From NCBI RefSeq assembly GCF_058153355.1, contig NZ_CM177019.1: a stretch of 64,000 bases of DNA; one strand, written 5' to 3'. The notes under the pieces are model-generated. The model was not told where the DNA came from. It saw nothing but the letters and a program-made list of their open reading frames with translations, and ran no database searches. The position numbers and the translations under genes were made by a program. This document shows positions 48,275 to 57,299 of the stretch, piece after piece. The first letter of the stretch is position 1, and the number at the start of each line of letters is the position of its first letter.

Positions 48275-49149
48275 TGCAATTTTCCCCCCGCCGCGGCGAC
48301 GGCTTCACTAATCACTTTTTTGGTCATCGTCTGGATGAGATGCAGACGAAACTCTTTGCTGGCCCGCCATGATGAACGCGGGGCGACATCCTGCAGGACT
48401 GATTCGCTGATGGCTTCCAGCGTTTGCAGGTTTAATGGCGCATTTTGTGCAGTTTGTTCGGCATGTTGGCAGCGAATCGGCGTTGGCGCGGCAACGCCAA
48501 ATGCCAGGCGTAATTCGCTGAAATTGCCGTTATCCAGTCGGCAATGTGCGGCACAGCCAATCGTTGAAATATCCATCGCATCGCGCATGGCATATTTGAA
48601 ATGCGCGCTGCCTGCGTGTTCTTTCGGCTGGGGCGGAAAATGAAAGGCGACAAGGATTTCGTCATGCTCAAGGGACACTTTGCCCGGTCCGGTGTGGAAG
48701 CCATTAATCGGGACGAAATGAACACCGCGCGGGGAGTGGATCTCCAGCTTCGCATCATAAATTAGCGTTGGCGTGGCAGAATCCGCGCTGGTGGCTCCGT
48801 TGCAAATATTTCCTCCGTAGGTAGCGACGTTACGGATCTGCGGCCCGGCAATGGATGATGCCGCAGCACATAATGCCGGGAGATGACGTTGAGTTACAGG
48901 ATCTTCAATGAGCTGGGTAAATGTCGTTGCTGAGCCGATGCGTAGCGAGTCATCTTCCGCTAGCGTAATTCCACGAAGCTCCGTCAGATTGTGGATATCA
49001 ACAATATGGCGATAACGGTCATTGTGATGGTGGAGCTGAATCAGTACGTCAGTGCCACCGGCGAGCAGTTTGGCCTGCGGGTTGTCAGCCAGCAGGTTGA
49101 TGGCATCGGCAAGGGTTGCTGCGCGATGGTAAGAAGCAAAATCAAACAT
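48271..49149 (-). CDS. xdhB: xanthine dehydrogenase FAD-binding subunit
   Basis: 292 aa with a PCMH-type FAD domain. It overlaps the xdhC start. Confidence 0.94.
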   Translation of the reverse strand: MFDFASYHRAATLADAINLLADNPQAKLLAGGTDVLIQLHHHNDRYRHIVDIHNLTELRGITLAEDDSLRIGSATTFTQLIEDPVTQRHLPALCAAASSIAGPQIRNVATYGGNICNGATSADSATPTLIYDAKLEIHSPRGVHFVPINGFHTGPGKVSLEHDEILVAFHFPPQPKEHAGSAHFKYAMRDAMDISTIGCAAHCRLDNGNFSELRLAFGVAAPTPIRCQHAEQTAQNAPLNLQTLEAISESVLQDVAPRSSWRASKEFRLHLIQTMTKKVISEAVAAAGGKLQ

Positions 49150-49159
49150 GATGTTATCC

Positions 49160-51418
49160 TCAAATCAATCCTGCCAGATGGAACTCTTCATATAACCGTT
49201 TTGGCGTCAGCGGCAGTGTATTGATTGCAACACCGGTAGCCATCTTCACTGCGTTACGAATAGCAGCGGCAACAGGAATTATGGGTGGCTCACCCAGTGA
49301 CTTATGTCCGTATGCGGATTGCGGCTCATTGATTTCGACGAACGCGCTTTCCAGTTGTGGCAGATCCGGCATGGTAGGCATTTTGTAATCCAGCAGATTG
49401 GGGTTACGGACCACGCCGCTTTTCGCATCGATGATCATTTCTTCAAATAGCGCCCAGCCAATGCCCATTCCCATTCCGCCGTGTACCTGACCTTCTGCCA
49501 GCAACGGATTAAGAATATGGCCCGAATCATGAACGTTGAGGATGCGGTTGATGGTGACTTTGCACAGCGCAATATCGACAGTCAGATCAACAAAGGTACA
49601 GCCAAACGCCGGTGGGTTAGTGGTGGTTTTGATGGAGCTTTCGGCAGAGAGCTGCCCGCCGCGTTCAGGGTGGTAGAAAGCGTCCATCGCCACATCTTTT
49701 AACGACATTAACGGCTCTTCCGGTCGTTCAACCAGCACGATATGGCCTTTTATCAGGGTAAGATTCATCGCTGACTGATGTAGCATGACAGCGGCGTGAG
49801 CGATGATTTTCTCCTTTAATAACAGTGCCGCACTGCGCAGCGCAGGCGCGGCAACATAGCTCTGGCGTGAGGCAAATGCACCGGGATCGAACGGCGTAAT
49901 GTCGGTATCTTGGGTTGAAATAACGCGAACGTCGCTGACCTGAACCCCCACGGTTTCTGCTACCATTTGCGAGAAGACAGTGTCGGCCCCCTGACCGATT
50001 TCCGTCGCGCCGCTTTGCACATTGATGGTTCCATCCTGATTCATCAGAAGGCGCGCGCCTGCTATTTCTACGCCGACAGGCCAGGTGTTAGAGGTGTAGC
50101 TAAAACAGGCGACGCCAACGCCGCGGCGTAAATTGCCTTGCTGGTTCTGGCATTCTGCACGGCGTTTTTCCCATTCAAATATTTTCCGGCCTTTTTCAAG
50201 ACACTCCGGTAACCCTGCGCTGTAAATACGTTTGCCCGTGAGCGGATTAGCATCTCCTTCGCGGGCGGCGTTGCGTAAACGAATTTCAATAGGATCAATA
50301 TTTAACGCTGTCGCGGCGTCATCAAGCATTGACTCAACGGCAAATACGACTTGTGGCGCGCCATAACCGCGCATCGCTCCAGCCGAGGGGAGGTTGGTAT
50401 AAAAGGTCTTTGAACTGTAAGCGTAGGCACAACGAGGATAAAGGTAAGCGACTTTATTCCCGCCCGCAGAAGCGATGGAGTGCCCGTGAGATGCATAAGC
50501 GCCGGTGTTAGACAGAACATCCAGACTATAACCTTTCAATGTTCCGTCGCGGTTCACGCCCATTTGCCCGTCAATAGTAAAAGCGTGGCGGGTACGGGTT
50601 GCGAGGAAACACTCTTCACGGCTAAGGGAAACTTTCACCGGAATGCCGCCGAGCTTGCTGGTCAGAAATGCCGCCATTGGCTCTTCCAGTACATCCTGTT
50701 TATTACCAAAACCGCCACCGACAAACGGTTTGATGACTCGTACGCATGACCAGGGAATATCCAGCGCCTGACCAACTACGCGGCGAACAATGTGCGGGAT
50801 CTGGGTGCTGGAAACGATGGTAATTCGAGAGTCATCCTCCATCCATGCCAGCGATGTCACGCTTTCCATATGACAATGTTGAATAACGGGAGTCTGATAG
50901 TGCCCCTGCACCTGGTAATCGGCGGCATCGATTGTTTGTTGGACATTACCCGTCGACATCGAGCTTTGTTTTAGTAAATTGCCGCCGTTATGGATTGGTG
51001 CAGCATCTTCTGCCAACGCCGCTTCTGGCGTGGTGATAACGGGTAATTCTTGCCACTCAATGCTGACCAATTGCGCCGCTTTTTCTGCCGTGAGTTCATC
51101 ACGGGCCACGACGATGGCAACGGCGTCACCATGATGACGAACATGGCGAGTTAGCAGTGCGCGATCGGCGGTATCGCGCTTGTTTTCGTCAAGTGTCCAG
51201 GCATGCCCAGCTGTAGCGAATGGGATATCAGGTACATCTTCCCAGGTAAAAATTGCCAGTACGCCTGGTAAACTTCTGGCTTGTTCATCATTAATACTTA
51301 CGGCATAACCATGTGCGATAGGGCTACGTACATATTTCGCGTAACACATGCCCGCCATAACATAATCGTCAGTATATCGTGCCCGCCCAGTGACCTTAGC
51401 AATGGCATCGACGCGCAT
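49160..51418 (-). CDS. xdhA: xanthine dehydrogenase molybdenum-binding subunit
   Basis: The ORF is 49160..51457. The canonical start MRVDAIAKVTGRARYTDDY gives 752 aa. Confidence 0.93.
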   Translation of the reverse strand: MRVDAIAKVTGRARYTDDYVMAGMCYAKYVRSPIAHGYAVSINDEQARSLPGVLAIFTWEDVPDIPFATAGHAWTLDENKRDTADRALLTRHVRHHGDAVAIVVARDELTAEKAAQLVSIEWQELPVITTPEAALAEDAAPIHNGGNLLKQSSMSTGNVQQTIDAADYQVQGHYQTPVIQHCHMESVTSLAWMEDDSRITIVSSTQIPHIVRRVVGQALDIPWSCVRVIKPFVGGGFGNKQDVLEEPMAAFLTSKLGGIPVKVSLSREECFLATRTRHAFTIDGQMGVNRDGTLKGYSLDVLSNTGAYASHGHSIASAGGNKVAYLYPRCAYAYSSKTFYTNLPSAGAMRGYGAPQVVFAVESMLDDAATALNIDPIEIRLRNAAREGDANPLTGKRIYSAGLPECLEKGRKIFEWEKRRAECQNQQGNLRRGVGVACFSYTSNTWPVGVEIAGARLLMNQDGTINVQSGATEIGQGADTVFSQMVAETVGVQVSDVRVISTQDTDITPFDPGAFASRQSYVAAPALRSAALLLKEKIIAHAAVMLHQSAMNLTLIKGHIVLVERPEEPLMSLKDVAMDAFYHPERGGQLSAESSIKTTTNPPAFGCTFVDLTVDIALCKVTINRILNVHDSGHILNPLLAEGQVHGGMGMGIGWALFEEMIIDAKSGVVRNPNLLDYKMPTMPDLPQLESAFVEINEPQSAYGHKSLGEPPIIPVAAAIRNAVKMATGVAINTLPLTPKRLYEEFHLAGLI

Positions 51419-51512
51419 GCATGATTCACCCGTAGCGGTTGCTTCCCGCGCTTCCATAGAAATCCCCTCGATTTGAACATTTGGTTCTTATGGCAAAGAT
51501 TTAGTCTAAGCA

Positions 51513-51528
51513 GGCAAGATTTACGCCA
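51513..51528 (-). promoter_or_regulatory. candidate sigma54 (-24/-12) promoter for xdhABC
   Basis: The minus strand reads TGGCGTAAATCTTGCC, with GG-N10-GC matching TGGCAC-N5-TTGC. It lies ~95 nt upstream of the xdhA ATG. Confidence 0.6.
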
Positions 51529-51872
51529 GAAACGACGATAAACGTTAGGGGAGGAAGGAAGTGTGATGACGTTAAAAAAATACAGATACGATACGAAACA
51601 GGACTTTGAATAGGGACAGTGATACGTATCAATATGAGTGGCGATAAAATCAATGTGATAAATTAGGATTATTACGCATCAGGATGGGAAATAGGGTAAA
51701 AGAGTCAGGAACTTCGATACCACCACAGCAAATATTTTGCTTATGATACTTCCCTTTGCCAAATGAAATTAATCTCTTTCTCAATTACCTCGTTTTTCCA
51801 GAAGCGAGAGATTGGGTATCAAGAGGCTGGCTGCTATGATATGGCGTCTTGTTTTTTAAGCGAGGAAAGATT

Positions 51873-52628
51873 TTGAGTGCGGGACGCCTGAATAAAAAAT
51901 CTCTGGGTATCGTGATGTTGTTATCGATTGGACTGCTTTTGGCGGGCTGTTCGGGTTGCAAATCATCCGATACAGGAACGTATTCCGGCTCCGTTTACAC
52001 CGTGAAACGGGGGGATACGCTATATCGTATTTCGCGCACCACGGGAACCAGCGTAAAAGAACTTGCGCGACTGAACGGCATTTCACCCCCTTACACCATT
52101 GAAGTTGGTCAGAAACTAAAACTGGGTGGGGCGAAAAATAGCAGTAGTACACGTAAAGCAACCGCCAAATCAACGACCAAAACCGCATCGGTTACACCGT
52201 CATCAGCGGTACCGAAATCTTCCTGGCCGCCAGTAGGGCAACGTTGTTGGTTATGGCCAACGACAGGGAAAGTTATCATGCCGTATTCGACAGCTGATGG
52301 CGGCAATAAAGGGATTGATATCTCTGCTCCACGGGGTACACCTATTTACGCCGCGGGTGCAGGAAAGGTGGTGTATGTGGGCAACCAGCTGCGTGGCTAC
52401 GGTAATCTCATCATGATTAAACACAGTGAAGATTACATTACGGCTTACGCCCATAATGACACGATGCTGGTAAATAATGGGCAAAGCGTGAAGGCTGGGC
52501 AAAAAATCGCCACTATGGGGAGCACTGATGCGGCATCGGTTCGCCTGCATTTCCAGATTCGTTACCGTGCAACGGCAATTGATCCGCTACGTTACTTGCC
52601 GCCTCAGGGCAGCAAGCCAAAATGCTGA
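51873..52628 (+). CDS. ygeR: LysM/M23-peptidase-domain lipoprotein YgeR
   Basis: TTG start preceded by AGGAAAG. Lipobox LLAGC. A LysM domain (YTVKRGDTLYRISR) is followed by an M23 domain. 251 aa. Confidence 0.88.
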   Translation: MSAGRLNKKSLGIVMLLSIGLLLAGCSGCKSSDTGTYSGSVYTVKRGDTLYRISRTTGTSVKELARLNGISPPYTIEVGQKLKLGGAKNSSSTRKATAKSTTKTASVTPSSAVPKSSWPPVGQRCWLWPTTGKVIMPYSTADGGNKGIDISAPRGTPIYAAGAGKVVYVGNQLRGYGNLIMIKHSEDYITAYAHNDTMLVNNGQSVKAGQKIATMGSTDAASVRLHFQIRYRATAIDPLRYLPPQGSKPKC

Positions 52629-52706
52629 TGGCGAATTAATCAGCAGTCAGCAGCGCGGCACTTGCTAAGGAGAGCGTAAGGTTTATAATGCCTTACGCAT
52701 CTCGAA

Positions 52707-52780
52707 GCGGGCGTAGTTCAATGGTAGAACGAGAGCTTCCCAAGCTCTATACGAGGGTTCGATTCCCTTCGTCCGCTCCA
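52707..52780 (+). tRNA. glyU: tRNA-Gly (anticodon CCC)
   Basis: 74 nt, GCGGGCGTAGTTCAATGGTAGAACGAGAGCTTCCCAAGCTCTATACGAGGGTTCGATTCCCTTCGTCCGCTCCA. It folds into a cloverleaf with CCC at 52739-52741 and an encoded CCA end. Confidence 0.95.
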
Positions 52781-52944
52781 AACAAACATTTCTCAACGTC
52801 TACTAAAGTCCATCAAACCCACGAGTATCAAGCCTTCCAGCCATTTTCATAGTTTATTAACGTCTACTCACAACTACCAGAATCTACACACAGAAGTGTA
52901 TAGTAATGCGTATAGGACAAAATTTATTTTTTGGAGCTATACAC

Positions 52945-54309
52945 ATGCTGCTTTCAGACCTTGCCATCAGGCGCGCGAAGCCGAAAGAAAAGGCTTATAC
53001 ACTCAATGACGGTAACGGGCTTTCGTTGCTCATTGAGCCGAACGGTTCGAAAGGGTGGCGACTGCGCTACAGGTTTGCAGGAAAGCCCAAAATGTTGTCG
53101 TTGGGTGTGTACCCTGATGTGTCTCTGTCTGATGCCAGGGCGGCAAGGGATGAGGCTAAAAGGCTTCTTGCTGGTGGTATAAATCCAAGTGAGGCCAGAA
53201 AAGCCCAAAAGCGAGAACAGGCGAGCAAATTTGGCAATACTTTTGAGGGTATCGCTCGCGAATGGTACGAAAAGCGGATCGACAGGTGGTCATCGTCATA
53301 CGCCGAGGAAATGATCGAGACGTTTGAAAAAGACGTTTTTCCGTACATTGGCGGTAGGCCGATCGCAGAAATTAAGCCGATGGAATTGCTGGCGGTTCTT
53401 TCCCGTCTTAATGACCGTGGTGCGACTGAAAAATTGCGTAAGGTTCGCCAGCGATGTGGCGAGGTGTTCCGGTACGCAATCATCACCGGACGCGCCGAAT
53501 ATAATCCAGCCCCTGACCTGGTGAGCGCATTTGCTCCACATAAAAAAGAGCATTACGCCTGTTTGAAGGCCGATGAACTGCCGGAATTTTTCCGCGTTTT
53601 TAATACGTACACCGGAAGCCAGATCGTCAAACTGGCAATGCGGCTATTAATTCTGACAGGTGTCAGACCCGGGGAATTACGGCAGGCAGAATGGCGGGAG
53701 ATCGATTTTGATAATCGTTTGTGGGAAGTGCCTAAAGAACGAATGAAGATGCGCCGTCCGCATTGCGTGCCATTACCAGAACAGGCGATAAAAATACTGG
53801 AGCAGTTAAAAAACATGACAGGTCAGTATCAGTTTATTTTCCCCGGTCGTATTCACCACAGTAAACCAATGAGTGAAATGGCAATGAATGTGCTCATTCG
53901 TCGTATTGGCTACGCCGGGCGCGTTACTGGTCATGGATTCCGGCACACCATGAGCACCATTTTGCATGAGCAGGGCTATAACACCGCGTGGATAGAGACA
54001 CAGCTTGCGCACGCCGATAAAAACTCAATTCGTGGCACATACAACCATGCGCAATATCTGGATGGCAGACGCGAAATGCTCCAGTGGTATGCCGACTATA
54101 TGGATTCGCTCGAGCATGGCGGAAATGTGGTGCATGGTGAGTTCGGAAAATGCGGGGGACTGGTTGAGTATACAGTAGTAGACTTTGAGCGACTAAAAAC
54201 GGCTGTGTCTAGGGTCGCTCCTGAAAACCCGTACACCTCTGCGGGCTGGCACAGCCACTATGGTAGAGGGCGCGAGGTGACGCGTGATCGATATTGCCGA
54301 ATTACTTAA
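52945..54309 (+). CDS. int: P4-type (DUF4102-containing) tyrosine integrase
   Basis: MLLSDLAIRRAKPKEKAYTLNDGNGLSLLIEPNGSKGWRLRYRF... is a typical P4-family N-terminus. The C-terminus has HGFRHT...AHA...RGTY catalytic residues. It lies 165 bp downstream of a tRNA gene. Confidence 0.9.
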   Translation: MLLSDLAIRRAKPKEKAYTLNDGNGLSLLIEPNGSKGWRLRYRFAGKPKMLSLGVYPDVSLSDARAARDEAKRLLAGGINPSEARKAQKREQASKFGNTFEGIAREWYEKRIDRWSSSYAEEMIETFEKDVFPYIGGRPIAEIKPMELLAVLSRLNDRGATEKLRKVRQRCGEVFRYAIITGRAEYNPAPDLVSAFAPHKKEHYACLKADELPEFFRVFNTYTGSQIVKLAMRLLILTGVRPGELRQAEWREIDFDNRLWEVPKERMKMRRPHCVPLPEQAIKILEQLKNMTGQYQFIFPGRIHHSKPMSEMAMNVLIRRIGYAGRVTGHGFRHTMSTILHEQGYNTAWIETQLAHADKNSIRGTYNHAQYLDGRREMLQWYADYMDSLEHGGNVVHGEFGKCGGLVEYTVVDFERLKTAVSRVAPENPYTSAGWHSHYGRGREVTRDRYCRIT

Positions 54310-54604
54310 CGCAGAAAAGAATAATTTCATTAGCCTGAGAGAGTTAATAGAGCGTATTAAATTATCTCAACCGAAAGCTACTACATCCCAGATAGTAAGT
54401 TTTCTTTATCAGACGCGGCAGAAATTACCCGAATGGGTTAAGTGGGATGAAATGATGGGCATTGAGCAAACATCGGAGAATCCTTTTGATGGGGATTGGT
54501 CTTTATCAGAGGTTCTTGAAGGCATTTTAAGACTAGGCTTTGTGCCAGAGGTTGAAGATTCTGTACCCCTCGCTATCGATGATAGCGACGATATTCCGTA
54601 TTGA
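54284..54604 (+). CDS. hypothetical acidic protein (106 aa), island cargo
   Basis: GTG-start ORF overlapping the int 3' end. AT-rich relative to its flanks. I recognise no family. Confidence 0.45.
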   Translation: MIDIAELLNAEKNNFISLRELIERIKLSQPKATTSQIVSFLYQTRQKLPEWVKWDEMMGIEQTSENPFDGDWSLSEVLEGILRLGFVPEVEDSVPLAIDDSDDIPY

Positions 54605-54623
54605 TGAAGACTTAAGGTGAATT

Positions 54624-55067
54624 ATGGCAGATGAAGTTTATTTGGCTCGTGCTTGTGATAAGTATGGTTTTCGTCGAGCAGAGCTTAAAGAATTTGCTGA
54701 AAAACTAGGGGTTAATTTATTTTCCCCAATGGATGAAATAACCCAGTCCATTCCTGAGGTTGCTGCTAGTGATTCTTTGAATAATGGGCCGACTGTTGAT
54801 GAATTACGTGCGGAAATTGCTTTACTTAAAGCGCGAATTGAAGAACTTGAAAGCGAACGACCAATTCTCTTAAATAAATACAGGGATAATGATCCGCTAT
54901 ATCTGGCTATCGAGATTAGAAACAGAGAGTGGGCCAATTACGACCCGGAGAATGATCGCGCCACCAGGGGAAACCAGGGCGCGATTACTACTGAGCTTGA
55001 AAAACGAGGTTTTACCTCCCGACAGGCCGCATCTATTGAGCTTGTCGCCTGTCCTATCAAACGATGA
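54624..55067 (+). CDS. hypothetical coiled-coil protein (147 aa), island cargo
   Basis: ATG preceded by AAGGTGA. The central segment ELRAEIALLKARIEELESE looks like a coiled coil. I recognise no family. Confidence 0.5.
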   Translation: MADEVYLARACDKYGFRRAELKEFAEKLGVNLFSPMDEITQSIPEVAASDSLNNGPTVDELRAEIALLKARIEELESERPILLNKYRDNDPLYLAIEIRNREWANYDPENDRATRGNQGAITTELEKRGFTSRQAASIELVACPIKR

Positions 55068-55072
55068 AGCCT

Positions 55073-55220
55073 TACCCTAGAGGTATCTCATGTTTTGTTC
55101 GCGTCTCACCCTAAGGGTAATCAGACCTCACCCTTAGGGTATTTTTGTATGCTTTCCCATCAATTTTACTATTACCCTTAGGGTAAAAATATTCCCGATT
55201 ACCATTAGGCCTGAGGGTAT
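55073..55220. repeat. array of 13-bp palindromes YACCCTWAGGGTA (4 good copies + 1 degenerate) upstream of alpA
   Basis: Copies at 55073-55085 (TACCCTAGAGGTA), 55107-55119 (CACCCTAAGGGTA), 55129-55141 (CACCCTTAGGGTA) and 55173-55185 (TACCCTTAGGGTA). A degenerate copy lies at about 55200-55220. Confidence 0.8.
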
Positions 55221-55287
55221 GAAAATATTCGTTATTTCTGTGCCATGATTACCTCGTCAAATTGAGTAGACGTTATGAGGTAAATAT

Positions 55288-55485
55288 ATGTCAAATACGC
55301 TTATTCGTTTAACGGAAGTTCAGCGTAGAACTGGATATAGCAAGGCATGGATTTATCGCCTTATGGGGCAAGGTAAATTTCCTGCATCAGTTAAAATTGG
55401 CTCGCGAGCTATTGCTTTCGTTGAGAGTGAAATTGACGAGTGGATTAATCAGCGTATTGCTGAATCACGCGGAACAGCTACCTGA
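55288..55485 (+). CDS. alpA: AlpA-family (MerR-like wHTH) prophage transcriptional regulator / excisionase-like protein
   Basis: 65 aa, LIRLTEVQRRTGYSKAWIYRLMGQGKFPASVKIGSRAIAFVESEIDEWI, matching the AlpA/Phage_AlpA pattern. Confidence 0.88.
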   Translation: MSNTLIRLTEVQRRTGYSKAWIYRLMGQGKFPASVKIGSRAIAFVESEIDEWINQRIAESRGTAT

Positions 55486-55563
55486 TTAAATGGCTACGGG
55501 GCCAGAAGCCCCAGCTATCCACCAGCAAATAAAAAGTAACTTAATTCGATAGCAGGAGTTTTT

Positions 55564-56364
55564 ATGAAATTTCCAAAAACGCCCATACAGGGGCAGGGCT
55601 TCGTTCGGCTTGAAAACCAGAATCTGCAAAATTTTGGCAAAATTATCCCGGTTATTTCCGGCGTTATTGGCGGGCGTGAAACCAATATTGTTAGCGCCAG
55701 AGCGTTGCATAAGGCGCTCGGGGTAGGCCGTGATTTCACAACCTGGATTAAAGTACGCATTGATGAGTACGGATTTAAAAAGGGCGTGGATTTTGAATTC
55801 GTAGAAAATTTGACCTCCCCCAATCCGGTGAGCGCAAAATCTCGCCAACGTATAGAGCACGACTACCTGAGCACTATCAACATGGCGAAAGAACTGGCGA
55901 TGGTCGAACGCACCGAACAGGGCCGCGCCGTTCGTCAGTATTTCATCAAATGCGAGGAGGAGCTACACAAGGTAGCGCCTGTGCGTTCCGCAGCGTTACG
56001 CCGGGAACTGAAAGCCCGTATCACTGTTGCCAGCTACTTTAAGCCAATGTGCGCCGCGCTGGAGGCGTACCGGGCAGAACTGGGTAAAAACACTCTACAG
56101 CACCACTACACCACGGAAGCTAATATGCTGGCGCGTATCGTGCTGGGTGGCATGACTGCAAAACAGTGGGCACTGGCGAACGGCATCACAAGCGAACCAC
56201 GCGACCACATGAGCACGTTGCAGCTTGAGCACCTTTCTTACCTTGAGCAGAGCAATATCACGCTGATTGAGTTAGGCCAGGACTACCACCAGCGGAAAGC
56301 TGAATTAATTCGTCTTTCGCAGCGCTGGTTAGCCCGTCGCATGGAGGAAAACAACCATGTGTAA
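55564..56364 (+). CDS. phage antirepressor-family protein (AntA/AntB-type N-terminal domain)
   Basis: 266 aa. VSARALHKALGVGRDFTTWIKVRIDEYGFKKGVDF ... MAKELAMVERTEQGRAVRQYFIKCE is typical of AntA/AntB antirepressors. Confidence 0.75.
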   Translation: MKFPKTPIQGQGFVRLENQNLQNFGKIIPVISGVIGGRETNIVSARALHKALGVGRDFTTWIKVRIDEYGFKKGVDFEFVENLTSPNPVSAKSRQRIEHDYLSTINMAKELAMVERTEQGRAVRQYFIKCEEELHKVAPVRSAALRRELKARITVASYFKPMCAALEAYRAELGKNTLQHHYTTEANMLARIVLGGMTAKQWALANGITSEPRDHMSTLQLEHLSYLEQSNITLIELGQDYHQRKAELIRLSQRWLARRMEENNHV

Positions 56365-57018
56365 CGCTCTGACCGTTACAAAAAGAGAAAGCGCCCCGTT
56401 GCCGGAGCGCCTTTGTGAACGAATAGCCTACTGCGCCATATTGCTTACTGTCTACGAGGCAGATTATAGCGTTGTGGTCGCACAGAGTGAAGGCACTGAT
56501 CACCGTTACTACAGCACGCCAGAAATGCAGAATATTTTGCTGCAAAATGCCGCTGGCCACGCTGTCCGGAAAGCAAAAAATTTTGCTGGTGGCGCGACTG
56601 ATACGATTTTTTCTGGTCGCCAGGTGCTGATCAATCTGATGTCTGATTTCGTTCTGGATAAAACAAAGGCGACCGCAGAGGGCCACCAGTGGGAAAGCTA
56701 CACACTTGAACACATCGCCAACAATGCCAGATTTGCGGCTGGTGGGCAATGTGATCAGTGTGTTGGCTTGCTGGTGGGCTGTTCGTCTGGTTCAGTCCGT
56801 TGCCATGCATGGAGTGAACGCATTTTCCAGGAATACTCTTTGAGGTACTTCTCAAGAGCAAACGCACACGGGGCGAATCTCTCCGGTTCATGTTCGTTTA
56901 CCGCATTTTTGCGTTGTTTTTTCCTGGATGAGGATAATTTCTTTAATGATTTGTCAGTCATCGTATATACCTGTAACCCTGTGCGCCACAGTTCACTGCA
57001 CCACGGCGCTGATGGTGA

Positions 57019-57198
57019 TTACTCTGATTCTTTGGCCTTGCGGCGCTGGCGGCGTTTGATCTCACCTTCAAGTGCCGAAACGATAAATTGTCCAGTGCTT
57101 TCGCCTTCTTCCTTTAAACTTTCTACAGCGTCAGCTATTGCATGGGGTACTCGTGCCTCAAGTTTTTTTGATTTTCCATTAACTGCTTTCGTTGCCAT
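57019..57198 (-). CDS. small ribbon-helix-helix-like DNA-binding protein (59 aa), putative island repressor
   Basis: MATKAVNGKSKKLEARVPHAIADAVESLKEEGESTGQFIVSALEGEIKRRQRRKAKESE shows a beta-strand/helix/helix pattern typical of Arc/CopG RHH proteins. It is divergent from an iteron-flanked promoter. Confidence 0.6.
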   Translation of the reverse strand: MATKAVNGKSKKLEARVPHAIADAVESLKEEGESTGQFIVSALEGEIKRRQRRKAKESE

Positions 57199-57219
57199 AT
57201 CTGATTCCCTTGTTATTAG

Positions 57220-57299
57220 GTGGCTGACAGTATACACACAAGAAAATGGAAAAACACTATTGACGTGGCTGACACCTGTTACTAGTATAGTGGCTGACA
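57220..57299 (+). promoter_or_regulatory. sigma70 promoter TTGACG-N17-TAGTAT embedded in three GTGGCTGACA direct repeats
   Basis: -35 at 57260-57265 and -10 at 57283-57288, with an exact 17-nt spacer. GTGGCTGACA occurs at 57220-57229, 57265-57274 and 57290-57299. Confidence 0.7.

Noticed and set aside
56258-56749. 163-aa minus-strand ORF overlapping the 3' end of the antirepressor-family gene
   Set aside because: It is codon-aligned antisense to the plus-strand frame starting at 56357, the classic shadow-frame relationship. It would also overlap the convergent upstream gene by ~100 nt and starts at a non-ATG codon without an SD.
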